Source: a virus
Taxonomy: Duplodnaviria; Caudoviricetes
Length of the DNA: 44,783 bases
Direction: 5' to 3' (one strand)
IMG/VR virus record: IMGVR_UViG_3300012953_007463
Location: 1-44,783 of that record
Below, piece after piece: positions 34,888 to 44,783 of the stretch. Made by a program: the position numbers and the translations under genes. Numbering within the stretch: position 1 is the first letter of the stretch; each line of letters opens with the position of its first letter. The notes beneath the pieces were generated by a model. The model saw nothing but the letters and a program-made list of their open reading frames with translations. It had not been told where the DNA came from and ran no database searches.

Positions 34888-37800
34888 ATGGCAACCGATT
34901 TTAGAGCGCAAAGAATTAGATCCAATGCATTGATCGTTAGTAGATCAGATGCAGGAAATGCTAGTTTTATAATTTATAGTGGTTCATCCGCAACAGACTC
35001 AACTGGAGGGATTTTTGATCCGAATATGTTGGCTGGTGTTGGAACCGATACTTTCCTTTTTGTTTCCGGTACTAAATCAGACGTTGAAGGCTTAAAGAGG
35101 GGAATGGCGGGAAGCGCTGTTACTCTATTTGGCGGAGACATTGTAGTATCTGGTACTCTTTACGCAGAAAGACAAGTCATTGAAGTTGATGAAGTGGCAA
35201 CAGGTAGTCTACTTCTTTCAGGTGGACTTTTCGTATCTCGTTCAGCAGATATTAATCAGGGTTTAAATGTTAACTCTGTTAGAGGAAAATCTGGAGCTGA
35301 CTATTTTACAGTTTTCAATCACCCGTTTGGTTGGGATGATGATTCTGGAAGCTGGATAAGAAATAGATCAGACCAATATAGATTAATTTGGGCAGACCCC
35401 AACAAGCATCGAGTATTTTTATTAGATGATCCTGAAGAAGAAGATATAGAAGGGGGACACCCTGTAGATTATTCTGATACCGCTTTTTATGTTTCTGGGG
35501 CTATTAACTCTAGAGAAGAATATGGAAAATTTGACCACTCTCGTGGAGTTTCAGTATTTGGCGGCGATCTGCACGTTTCAGGTGGACTAACTATCGGCGA
35601 TGGAACTGGCGGCGGAAGCGCTGCTATGACGACGTGGACGATAACAGATATAATCGGTCCAAACTCAGAAGAAGTTACTAACGGCGAAGAATTAATAATC
35701 CAGGGCCAGAATGAAGTTAACGTATTAGTAGATACTACCGCTAGTCCTACAGAAATTCAAGTATCGTTAAGCGATCAAACCCTTACCCCAGGAACTTATA
35801 CGGCAGCAGAAGTTACTGTAAACCAAAGGGGTATTATAACGAATATAGCAGAAGGTTCAGCTGGGGAATGGACAGAGTCCGCAGACGGAACATTTATTTA
35901 TCCGGTTGATGACCCTATAGATGTGGTTATCGGTGCAGAGACTCTAGGTGACGCAGACCACTTCTTTGGAGGTGGTGGAAATAGTACTGTTCCAGACCGA
36001 ACCGCGGGCAGCGTTGTTTTAAACCAAAACCAAGAAGCTGCTGATTTTGTATTTTCAACGCCTTATCATCATTCCAAACTAAGAATTCAGTCAGAAACAG
36101 AAACTGTCAATATTAATAGTGGTACTCCACTGTTAAGTCCTGAAATTGGCTCTGAAGAGCTGGGAGCGGACTTATACGTTTCAGGAAATATAACTCGATT
36201 TGAACAAATAGAACAAAATGATACAGCTTATATGGTCGAGTTCTTTAAGTCGAGAAAAGACTTAGAAAATTCAGAATCAGTAGCGGTAAGAAAAGATGTC
36301 TTACATGAAGATGATTTAGGAGTATTTTCGTATAGAGGATGGCAGAATAATAAATACTCACCAGCCAGTGTTTTAGTAAAATCTCTAGTTGATGCTATTT
36401 GGGTACCAGAAAATACTGGTGGATATAGCGGCGGAGCAATAGCTGAATCTGGATATTCCCCAAGAGGCGCGCTAGCAGAAGTTAGCATGGTACACATGGA
36501 TACCAATATGGCCTACCGGGTTCCAGTGGCTGAATCTGTAGGGCATATTGTTAATGCTATGGATAGGATTAACTCTAAAGACGGTTCTCCAGATGATATA
36601 CCCGCAAGACGAGCCTCTAATGCAAGCTTAACATTTGCTTATGGGGACAGTCCGGGGTTTTATAAAGCAATACTAAATTCTGATTCTGTTACTTCTGGAT
36701 TCCAGGTGGAATTCAATTTGCCCGAAGGTGTATTTGTAACAATACAATCTGGTGGAATAATAGAAAGTGAAAATTTCACTATTTACGGTGGAAATTATTC
36801 CAATGTCATACTGGGCTTTGGTGCTGGAGATGAAATCCAGGCCGCGGCATCAGTTGGCGAAGAATCATTTTTTAACTTTGGTCTTTTTAAGAGAGATGAA
36901 TCTGGAGAGAACTGGAATGGATATACAGAACTTGGAATAGAATGGTTTAATTCTTCAGAACTGCAGAATGTTAAAGAGTATTTTGTCTCAAATAGTACTG
37001 CTGGAGATTATCCAAACACTGGACTTACATTAGATGCTGATGCAACAGATGGATCATTAATGTCATCAGACGTAAATGCCGCCGCATTAAGTATTATAGC
37101 TAGTCCATCGTGGCCACATAGTTGGGATCTTACGGGTGGATCAGCCAGCACATTTACTGTGGCAACTGCCAGAAGTGCAGGCGGAACAAACGATTTAACC
37201 ATAGGTCATACCGTACAATCTGTAAGAGCAATACTTGGAGATTCAGTACCGACGCCTAGTGATGAAGGAGCAATATTTTTACCAGCAGCATCTAACCTAG
37301 ATCCGTCTGGTGACTTCAGTCTATCTCTTTCTCTTTACGATAGTCCTTCTACTAGCGAAGCAACTATGCCAACAGTTATTTATCATGCAGAAGACATAGA
37401 AGCTGATGAAACCTGGTATGCCGCGGATGAGCATGTTATAGAGACCACGATTACTGTTCTTCCGGGAGCAACTCTTACAATAGAGCCTGGAACCACAATT
37501 AAAGTACAAGGCCATGCCACTGGGGAGGCAGCTAACTACTTGATTGTTGACCAGGGCGCAAAGATTATGGCGGAAGGGAACGCTTTTGCGCCAATTACTT
37601 TTACTTCAGAGTATGACGTTGGTACCGATCTCGCATCTCTTACCGGTGAAGTTCAGGGAAAATGGGGTGGAATTGTTATTATTGGTAGCGCACCAAAGGG
37701 CGAGTACGCGCAATCAACAACTGACCTGTTTAATTTGGGCTGGGGTGGAGATGATAAATATGATGACTCTGGTAAATTAGAAAGCGTTAATATATGGTAT

Positions 37801-40800
37801 GCTGGCGGAAGACATGATACATTTGCCGGCGCTGAGGGTGCTGGGCTTGCGCTATTTAGTGTTGGTAAAGGAACCTCAATAAAAGACATTGACGTTTCAC
37901 TTTCTGAAAATAAGGGAATTAGGCTTGTAGGTGGTACAGTCGATATTGAAGGTCTGTCAACTTATGGCGTCAGAAACCACCATTTAGAAATAAGCAATGG
38001 TTATCAAGGAGCGATCCAAGGCGCATATCTTGAGGTTGGAACCCCGGAAACAGTAGGTACTGTTTGGGACGGAGCAGAACCACTGTTAATTAAAAATGGT
38101 AATTCTGATTCTACGGCAGATGGTATGCCAAGAACTGTTCCTAGAATTGGAAACTTAACCATTAATGCTCCAAGCGACGATCTTTGGAATACGACGGCGG
38201 CAGTTTTAGTAACAAACGGTGGTGGTGGATATTTCTTTGGTACCGTAATATCTGGCGGTGGATGGGCATTCCAAAATAGTTTCAACGGTTCTGAAGTTGT
38301 GACACAAGACTTTGCCGATATTGACGGTTTTGATAATGTCTTGTACATCTCACCAGCTACTATATGCTGGGATTATAACCAATCAGCGTTTGATGGATTC
38401 CCTACATCATTTAGTGGTACACATACTAACGAAGACCCTGTATTTAATGAAATATGCACGCCAAAAATTGGCGACGAGGTCTGGAATCCAGAAAGTTCTG
38501 CATTGAGGCGTTCTCCCAAGGGTGACGTTAATGATATTGATACTAGCGGCTGGCCAGCAGATTGGCTAGATGAAGCTGGCACTGGAAGAATCTTCCCAAG
38601 CAGCCTTGAAGGGTGGATGGGATGTGTTGGACCGTTGGGGCCGATGATAGGTGCACCTTTAAATGGGTGGTTGTTTACCAGCGGCGGTGTACCAGTAACA
38701 ATAACCCACAATAGTGATATAGAGTGGGGAGAAGTCTGGTATGCAAAAGACGAACACATAATCACCAGTGTTGTTAGGGTCAAACATGGCGCTGGTATAG
38801 GCTTATTGCCAGGGACCACAGTTAAAGTTGCACCAAATGAAGGGGGAACTGCAAACGGTTTAATAGTAGAACAGGGCGGTTATTTAAATTCTGTCGCCGC
38901 TGATCCTAATAACCCTGTTACTTTCACCTCAACTAAGAACGCAGGAGAATTAGCTGCCAACCCAACTGGAAATTGGGGCGGAATTATTATCGCCGGTAAA
39001 GACCTGATAAATGGTCCTGGCGAAGACCCAATAGTCTCTGGAGATCCGGAGACTGCAGATACTGAAACCAGCATTTATGGTGGGGCTCTAAATTGGGGTG
39101 GAGGTGGACCTTGGACTGTATACCCAGAAGGTTACGATGCCGACGGTGATGGTGATGCCGACGCCGCCGCTGATGATGGCCAACTAATTTCCTTAAAATA
39201 TCTTAGGGTCTGGCATGGTGGCGCGGAGATGTTTGATGGCGGTGGACCTATTCCGTTGTTAACATTAGCTGGAGCGTCTTACGAGGAGAAGATAGACTAT
39301 ATAGACCTGGCGCATGGAACAAGCACCGGACTAGCTCTTCGTGGTGGTAGGGTAAACCTAAGCCACATTAATATTACCAACTGTCAAATGGGAGCATATA
39401 TTGATAGGGGATACCAAGGAGCCATTCAATACGCTTTCATAGAGGTACCGGATGGGGCTGATAGATGGGGTCTTTATTGTGAAAATGAATATGACGGTAA
39501 TATAGATGCTCAACCAAGAACGCGGCCCCTAGTATCTAACTTAACAATAAGGGCTCCATATTCCCCTCCTGCAGGAGGAGGCGGAACCCTCGTTATTTTG
39601 ACAAAGGGGGCAGGCGGTGATTTTAGAAATACTATATTAGCTGGTGGAGAAAGAGCGTGGGTTAATGACACCAATGGGTCAGAAATAATAACTCAAAATC
39701 TAATGACGACCCCAGTATGGTGGTCTAATAACCCTGATATCCTCTATATTTCGTCGAACAATGCTGCATTCGAGCAGTCGAACGACATATTTACCGGATT
39801 TGATGACATCTCAGGCTTTGCTCAAACCGCTATTGAAGGGAATATAAATCTTTTATACCCGGCACTTCCCGCAACCCCAGGAACCTCAGCGTATGATGAT
39901 GTAGATAATGTTTTTCCGTATGAAGATGATTCTAGCTGGGGAGATGTGAACGATCCATTCGATTTCTTTACACAAGAAGACTGGAAGGGAGCATTTGGAT
40001 ACGGAGCTAACTGGGCAGATGTTTGGACATATAATAATGGAGGCGCGCCCGCAGTAGACGAGTGGCTGTACACGCTAAACTATAATAGTACTCAAGATAT
40101 TCAAGGTGTCCATATTCAGTTTACCAATCTTCCTGATGGCGCTGCAATGACTCGCTATTTTGAAGAAAGTTCTGAACTTGGCACTGACTTTACTGTTGCT
40201 GGTAACCCTGCCAATGCTGTTGGCGTTACATTAAATGCGCAGCACGGTACTTCGTTGGCTGCAGGAACTGGGTTAGTTGCAAGGGTTGGCTTCAACCAAG
40301 ACTTAGGTACTAATCCCGATATTATTTCTGATAGTAATTTCTTAGTAATTGGAACTAGTGGTCAGGAAGACTGCTCAGACGCAAATGTGAATCTCGTATC
40401 AGATACGACAGAGGTATTAGATTTTACAGATTTAATGGCGCAAGTTCAGGTACTACTGGAAAATCCTGTATTCACTGCAGAATTTAATTGTGATGAAGCC
40501 GAGAGTGATCCCGGCAGCGGATCAGGAAGTCCCACTGTGGGACACATCGTACAGATGATAAGGGTAATATTGTATGGAACTGCGGAACCCGGTACAGCTA
40601 ACGATATGCCTGCAGCAAAGGCTGTAACATCTGGACCTGGTACAACTAATGAAGTAGTACTTGGATTAGTGCCAATAGACAGCTCTACATTTAAAATTAC
40701 GTATGACTCTTCAGTCGATGTTCACGGATTCCAGCTTCAATTAGATAATCCTGCCGGGGCACTTATAACAAGCACAGGAGTTACAGACCTTAATGACGAG

Positions 40801-43800
40801 AGTTATGACTGGCCAGGGAGCTTAACTGCCGGAACAACCGATCCTAATATTGTTGGTATCGATTTTACTGGAACAAATACTCTAGGAGCAGGCACTGGTA
40901 ATTTATGCTGGGTTGTTTTTGATACTCCACCCACATTTTCTCCCGAGGAAGTAGGAACTTCTTATGTTGTTACAGATTCTAACAATGGGGTTTATGACTG
41001 CTCAGAAATTAATGCAGATTTCAACGGTGATGGTACTCTAAATATTATTGATGTTACGGCTGCAGTTGGATTGGCTATTGCTAATCCAAACTATAACAAA
41101 GTATATGACTGCGGCGGAAACACCGATTTGATTGGTGGGCGATGGCAAGTAAAGGTAAGAGAACACGGCAAAGAGCTAAGAAAAGACTGGAATACTATTG
41201 ATGCCAGATCTTTTGGATTTGTTGCCATTCACTCTGGATCTAGTGAAGCCGCAATGTCTCCAAGCGAAACTGAATTTACAGATACTAACTTCTTCGTTTC
41301 TGGAACTATTGGCTCTTCAGACGGATGCGAAGGATCAAGAGGTACATCACTCTTTGGCGGTGATGTTAAAATCAGCGGCTCACTAAGACTAGACGTTGCT
41401 TATGGCTATGGTGAAGAACACATGGAGCCTGGCTGCCCAGATCTGCCACCTGGACAAGTAGCAATATTTGGTGCTACTGATGGATATAGCGATTATATAC
41501 TTGGAAAAATTGGTAGCACCACAATGATGCTGGGTAATTCTTCTGCTATGACCCAGGTTGTTGCAAAAGCTGATTCTGGCCAAGACCAAGATATTACAAA
41601 CCAGAACACCGCACTTAAGATTGCGGGTGAAGATGGAATTCAAACGGTTAGCTCTGTTGACCAAGATGGCGTATCGCAAATTACAGTTAAACTAGCTGAT
41701 CAATTTGCAAGATCTGCAACTTACACAAATCCAGATATAACAATTGATAAGACCGGTAGAATTACTGCAATTGCAAACGGAACTGGTGGGGCAGCATCTA
41801 GTCTAACAGACGGTGTCAAGACACTGGATTTCGATAGCAGTAATAGACTCCAATGGGACACCCACTTAATACCAAAAGATAATGCACAATATGATATTGG
41901 TAGTGCAGAACAAAAAGTCAGACACTTATTCTTAAGTGATAACAGTGTCAAGTTTGTTAATGAACGCGATAAAGACGAACAGACCGATGCACCTTACGCT
42001 TATTCATTAGGATTAAATGATGACAGCCCTTCAAGATTAACCTTTGAAGGGAATATCTTAGCATATGAAGGTGATACATTAAGTGGAGTCAAGATTTGGG
42101 CTGATGGCGAAACTATCGGTCTAGACAAGTCGAACGATACAGTGTATTTTGTTCACGGACCTGCTACCGAAATCAAGTTTGAAGGCGATGGCAGTACCAG
42201 ATTCTTAAATTGGCACCTGGCTAAACCAGAAGATACTTCCGTAAATAATCAGATTTTAGTATATGATCTAGATCATCCAGATGGTGAGCGGTGGACTCAC
42301 GGTACTCTTCCCGATGTTTCAAGTTTTATAGATGGAGTCAAGATTTGGGCTGATGGCGAAACTATTACTCTGGACAAGTCCAGTGATACAGTATATTTTG
42401 GTCACGGGCCTGCTACTGAAATCACGTTTTCAGGTGATGGCAGTGCCAGATTCCTGGATTGGAAACTAGCTAAACCAGAAGATACTTCCGTAAATAATCA
42501 GATTTTAGTATATGATCTAGATCATCCAGATGGTGAGCGGTGGACTTACCAACCGCTTCCATCTCATGGAAGCATGGATTCCTTTAATGTCGATGGTAAC
42601 ACTGGAGATGGGCCATTCACAATTAGCGATGGTAATACGCTTCTTATTCATGGTGGCACCGGTATCCAGGCAGAGGCTGTAACCCAAGATAAATTGGTTC
42701 AGATCACCCTGGATGCAAATATCGAAGATTTAAATAATGTCGATATATCGCAGACTCCATCAGCTGGTCAAGTTTTAGTTTACGATGATAAAGAGGGTGG
42801 CTCTTGGAAACCAGGCGACGCGGCATCTAGTGGATTAGGATCGTTTACTTCTACTGGAAATGCCGGCGATGCAATTACAGTTTCTCCAAGTACACCAACT
42901 CTAGATGTTGTCGGTGGAAATGGAATTACATGTACCAGTTCTTCATCGACAAATGAAGTAACAGTTGACCTTGCAGCTGGATTGGACAATCTCGGCGATG
43001 TTGATACTGATGGCGCTACAGATGGAGACGTTTTAACATACGATTCTCAATCTAAAAAATGGTCTGCATCGTCAGGCGGGAGTGCTAGCAGTAATTCTAT
43101 ATACACTAGATCTTATTCGCCAGAAGGACCAGATAAGTTCTTTGGTGAGACGCCGTATGTAACAGCAATTGGAATTCCACAGCAAATGCTATACTACGAT
43201 GGAATAAAAGATGATATTGCTACCCAAAATGTGGTGATTCCAAATGCAGGGACATTTTGGTCAGCGCTTGGTAGAGGTGTTAGGCTAGAAAATCAAGCTG
43301 TACCTCAATCAAGCGGAGATAATGCTCCACTAGTAGCTAACGCAATGATTTTCAGGTGCGATGTTCCACCTGGGGCAAAATATATTTCTTTTGAAATAAC
43401 CGCCAGTCCTTTGGGTCAAAAAGGTTCTAGAACCACTGAACAAATATGTTTATATTGGGCTGCTAGATTAATTAACCCGCTCGGAATGGATCCTGCTAAT
43501 TCTCCTGGTAGCGCTAGCGGAATCAGTGCCAATGCTCAAAAAGGCCAGTGGACTAATGTTGATGCCGCATTATCTGATCCGGCTGGAGATGGAAGAGCAC
43601 CTGGATGGATTAAGTTTGACGCTAACGGAGCTTCAGATTTTCTATTAGACGGTGATAGAACCAATATATTTACTTCTGCTAGTCCTACAGGCGGGAGTTG
43701 GTTTGCTATTAAAGATGCTGTAAACTCTGCAGATTCTAGTGCAGCTGATCCAGAAGACGCCAAAGAACAAGTACTAAATAGAACTATAGATATATGTATC

Positions 43801-43953
43801 GCCAGAGCTGGACGAGGAACCGGCGAAGGAAATCCTGAAGGACCCTCGATGGTTCAAAACTGGTCTAAAGTCTCAAACTGGCCTGATGAAAATAATGTTG
43901 ATGTGATAGTTCACCAAGTTAAAGCATTTTTCACTGATAGCATCCCCGGATAA
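34888..43953 (+). CDS. giant (3021 aa) mosaic virion/tail-fibre-like protein
   Basis: uninterrupted ORF; fibre motifs (YT-x3-VTVNQRG; L-x-x-L-x-DVD...GDVLTYD...W), FGGD-x-x-(V/I)SG repeats, two beta-helix-like modules and cohesin/dockerin-like modules. Confidence 0.75.
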   Translation: MATDFRAQRIRSNALIVSRSDAGNASFIIYSGSSATDSTGGIFDPNMLAGVGTDTFLFVSGTKSDVEGLKRGMAGSAVTLFGGDIVVSGTLYAERQVIEVDEVATGSLLLSGGLFVSRSADINQGLNVNSVRGKSGADYFTVFNHPFGWDDDSGSWIRNRSDQYRLIWADPNKHRVFLLDDPEEEDIEGGHPVDYSDTAFYVSGAINSREEYGKFDHSRGVSVFGGDLHVSGGLTIGDGTGGGSAAMTTWTITDIIGPNSEEVTNGEELIIQGQNEVNVLVDTTASPTEIQVSLSDQTLTPGTYTAAEVTVNQRGIITNIAEGSAGEWTESADGTFIYPVDDPIDVVIGAETLGDADHFFGGGGNSTVPDRTAGSVVLNQNQEAADFVFSTPYHHSKLRIQSETETVNINSGTPLLSPEIGSEELGADLYVSGNITRFEQIEQNDTAYMVEFFKSRKDLENSESVAVRKDVLHEDDLGVFSYRGWQNNKYSPASVLVKSLVDAIWVPENTGGYSGGAIAESGYSPRGALAEVSMVHMDTNMAYRVPVAESVGHIVNAMDRINSKDGSPDDIPARRASNASLTFAYGDSPGFYKAILNSDSVTSGFQVEFNLPEGVFVTIQSGGIIESENFTIYGGNYSNVILGFGAGDEIQAAASVGEESFFNFGLFKRDESGENWNGYTELGIEWFNSSELQNVKEYFVSNSTAGDYPNTGLTLDADATDGSLMSSDVNAAALSIIASPSWPHSWDLTGGSASTFTVATARSAGGTNDLTIGHTVQSVRAILGDSVPTPSDEGAIFLPAASNLDPSGDFSLSLSLYDSPSTSEATMPTVIYHAEDIEADETWYAADEHVIETTITVLPGATLTIEPGTTIKVQGHATGEAANYLIVDQGAKIMAEGNAFAPITFTSEYDVGTDLASLTGEVQGKWGGIVIIGSAPKGEYAQSTTDLFNLGWGGDDKYDDSGKLESVNIWYAGGRHDTFAGAEGAGLALFSVGKGTSIKDIDVSLSENKGIRLVGGTVDIEGLSTYGVRNHHLEISNGYQGAIQGAYLEVGTPETVGTVWDGAEPLLIKNGNSDSTADGMPRTVPRIGNLTINAPSDDLWNTTAAVLVTNGGGGYFFGTVISGGGWAFQNSFNGSEVVTQDFADIDGFDNVLYISPATICWDYNQSAFDGFPTSFSGTHTNEDPVFNEICTPKIGDEVWNPESSALRRSPKGDVNDIDTSGWPADWLDEAGTGRIFPSSLEGWMGCVGPLGPMIGAPLNGWLFTSGGVPVTITHNSDIEWGEVWYAKDEHIITSVVRVKHGAGIGLLPGTTVKVAPNEGGTANGLIVEQGGYLNSVAADPNNPVTFTSTKNAGELAANPTGNWGGIIIAGKDLINGPGEDPIVSGDPETADTETSIYGGALNWGGGGPWTVYPEGYDADGDGDADAAADDGQLISLKYLRVWHGGAEMFDGGGPIPLLTLAGASYEEKIDYIDLAHGTSTGLALRGGRVNLSHINITNCQMGAYIDRGYQGAIQYAFIEVPDGADRWGLYCENEYDGNIDAQPRTRPLVSNLTIRAPYSPPAGGGGTLVILTKGAGGDFRNTILAGGERAWVNDTNGSEIITQNLMTTPVWWSNNPDILYISSNNAAFEQSNDIFTGFDDISGFAQTAIEGNINLLYPALPATPGTSAYDDVDNVFPYEDDSSWGDVNDPFDFFTQEDWKGAFGYGANWADVWTYNNGGAPAVDEWLYTLNYNSTQDIQGVHIQFTNLPDGAAMTRYFEESSELGTDFTVAGNPANAVGVTLNAQHGTSLAAGTGLVARVGFNQDLGTNPDIISDSNFLVIGTSGQEDCSDANVNLVSDTTEVLDFTDLMAQVQVLLENPVFTAEFNCDEAESDPGSGSGSPTVGHIVQMIRVILYGTAEPGTANDMPAAKAVTSGPGTTNEVVLGLVPIDSSTFKITYDSSVDVHGFQLQLDNPAGALITSTGVTDLNDESYDWPGSLTAGTTDPNIVGIDFTGTNTLGAGTGNLCWVVFDTPPTFSPEEVGTSYVVTDSNNGVYDCSEINADFNGDGTLNIIDVTAAVGLAIANPNYNKVYDCGGNTDLIGGRWQVKVREHGKELRKDWNTIDARSFGFVAIHSGSSEAAMSPSETEFTDTNFFVSGTIGSSDGCEGSRGTSLFGGDVKISGSLRLDVAYGYGEEHMEPGCPDLPPGQVAIFGATDGYSDYILGKIGSTTMMLGNSSAMTQVVAKADSGQDQDITNQNTALKIAGEDGIQTVSSVDQDGVSQITVKLADQFARSATYTNPDITIDKTGRITAIANGTGGAASSLTDGVKTLDFDSSNRLQWDTHLIPKDNAQYDIGSAEQKVRHLFLSDNSVKFVNERDKDEQTDAPYAYSLGLNDDSPSRLTFEGNILAYEGDTLSGVKIWADGETIGLDKSNDTVYFVHGPATEIKFEGDGSTRFLNWHLAKPEDTSVNNQILVYDLDHPDGERWTHGTLPDVSSFIDGVKIWADGETITLDKSSDTVYFGHGPATEITFSGDGSARFLDWKLAKPEDTSVNNQILVYDLDHPDGERWTYQPLPSHGSMDSFNVDGNTGDGPFTISDGNTLLIHGGTGIQAEAVTQDKLVQITLDANIEDLNNVDISQTPSAGQVLVYDDKEGGSWKPGDAASSGLGSFTSTGNAGDAITVSPSTPTLDVVGGNGITCTSSSSTNEVTVDLAAGLDNLGDVDTDGATDGDVLTYDSQSKKWSASSGGSASSNSIYTRSYSPEGPDKFFGETPYVTAIGIPQQMLYYDGIKDDIATQNVVIPNAGTFWSALGRGVRLENQAVPQSSGDNAPLVANAMIFRCDVPPGAKYISFEITASPLGQKGSRTTEQICLYWAARLINPLGMDPANSPGSASGISANAQKGQWTNVDAALSDPAGDGRAPGWIKFDANGASDFLLDGDRTNIFTSASPTGGSWFAIKDAVNSADSSAADPEDAKEQVLNRTIDICIARAGRGTGEGNPEGPSMVQNWSKVSNWPDENNVDVIVHQVKAFFTDSIPG
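42084..42546 (+). repeat. intragenic direct repeat, two copies of about 214 nt at 249-nt offset
   Basis: 42084-42297 vs 42333-42546; last 78 nt identical (42220-42297 = 42469-42546). Confidence 0.92.
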
Positions 43954-43959
43954 TGGTGC

Positions 43960-44145
43960 ACTAGATCAGTACAGTATACAGTATACTGATTCAGTATTAT
44001 CTCTACTATAAAAAACAGTTCATCAGTAGCAGTACTACAGTATACAGTAGATCTGTAGAACAGTTTTATAGTAGGCCAAAAATAATAATTGTACAACAAA
44101 ATTTTTCTAAATAATTTTCTACTAACAGTTCAAATACAGTAGAAC
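43960..44145. repeat. intergenic CAGT(A/T) repeat cluster
   Basis: about 12 CAGT[A/T] copies; TACAGTATACAGTA at 43970 and 44036; palindrome CAGTATACTG at 43979-43988. Confidence 0.8.
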
Positions 44146-44167
44146 AATTGTAATAGGAGAATTTTTA

Positions 44168-44783
44168 ATGTTTGGATCCCCATTCCAAGCTGGTCCAGTG
44201 ACAGTACCTGAATCAGCTGAAATAGTTTTTGTAGCGGATATGTTCGCTGAAGATTATGTTGGCGGTGCTGAATTAACAACAGAAGCGCTAATAGAATCTA
44301 GTCCTCTTGAAGTTTTTAAAGTAAGATGCAAAGATGTATCGATGGAAACTCTAGAGTCTGGTCACCAAAAATACTGGATTTTCGGAAATTTCTCTACACT
44401 TAATAACCAGTTAATTCCAAGTATAGTTGCTAACCTCAACTATTCTATTTTAGAATATGATTACAAATTCTGTAAGTACAGAAGTATTGAAAAGCATTTA
44501 AGCGTAGAGCAAAAAGATTGTGACTGTCACGAACAAATGCACGGAAAACTAATTTCTGCATTCATGTACGGCTCTAAATCTCTTTGGTGGATGTCTGAAG
44601 CTCAACAAAAAATATATGAAGAAAGATTCCCTTTTCTAAATGAAAGAGAGAATACAGTCTTATCCAGTGTCTTCAATGACACATTTTTTGTTGCTGTCAA
44701 AATGCTTAGAGAAAAATATAAAGACACTGAAAGAAAGGGTTGGTTAGTATTAGGTTCAACTAGTTGGATTAAAGGGTATCAAC
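44168..44783 (+). CDS. glycosyltransferase (GT-B-like), truncated by window end
   Basis: AGGAG SD; open to the end; IVFVADMF...VGGAE motif; absent from the ORF track because it has no stop. Confidence 0.7.
   Translation, partial: MFGSPFQAGPVTVPESAEIVFVADMFAEDYVGGAELTTEALIESSPLEVFKVRCKDVSMETLESGHQKYWIFGNFSTLNNQLIPSIVANLNYSILEYDYKFCKYRSIEKHLSVEQKDCDCHEQMHGKLISAFMYGSKSLWWMSEAQQKIYEERFPFLNERENTVLSSVFNDTFFVAVKMLREKYKDTERKGWLVLGSTSWIKGYQ

Noticed and set aside
42084-42546. Possible diversity-generating retroelement TR/VR pair
   Set aside because: Both copies are in frame within one ORF, mismatches are not confined to adenines, and no reverse transcriptase is in the window.
844-43763. Numerous minus-strand ORFs in the track (e.g. 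844..1434, 6737..7225, 25001..25330, 34352..34771, 38373..38819)
   Set aside because: They are antisense shadows of well-supported + strand genes with no motifs; only 20183..20965, 21791..22282 and 32222..32485 are accepted on the minus strand.
43960-44150. Mini CRISPR array or the minus-strand ORF 43911..44099
   Set aside because: Units are 5-14 nt with no unique spacers; the ORF is low-complexity, has no SD and overlaps the end of the giant gene.
1-44783. Alternative genetic code (stop-codon reassignment)
   Set aside because: Long conserved genes are intact in the standard code, and TAA, TAG and TGA all terminate genes at expected positions.

Overview
An AT-rich, gene-dense, mostly + strand window that reads as part of a large (jumbo/huge) bacteriophage genome. 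Support: Shine-Dalgarno sites, sigma70-type promoters, ATGA stop/start overlaps, many tiny ORFs, auxiliary metabolic genes and a 3021-aa virion-like protein. No capsid, terminase or polymerase hallmark gene is in the window, so the viral assignment is an inference. Layout: (1) about 0.1-9.9 kb, an early-type array of small ORFs, about 14 of which start with an MKVGDLV-type SH3/KOW-like motif and are chained by a conserved overlapping junction; (2) about 8.2-20.2 kb, twelve unrelated proteins (HAD nucleotidase, CCA-adding enzyme+GNAT, ADP-ribosyltransferase, GNAT, 2H phosphoesterase, zeta-like kinase, isochorismatase-like, HExxH proteins) sharing a short 'LREYIRxxLxE' tag that resembles a capsid-targeting/prohead-protease signal, interleaved with untagged SNase, IscA and Nfu genes; (3) about 20-34 kb, protease, eukaryote-type phosphomannomutase, DinG helicase, cytidylyltransferase, Nudix, a complete yeaH-spoVR-prkA module, a degenerate chaperonin, an Hc1-like protein, a sigma region-4 protein and PIN-PhoH; (4) about 34-44 kb, structural-type genes including a giant mosaic protein, then a CAGT-repeat intergenic element and a truncated glycosyltransferase. 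All product calls come from motif recognition by eye; no database searches were run. No tRNA, rRNA, CRISPR array, integrase or transposase was recognised.
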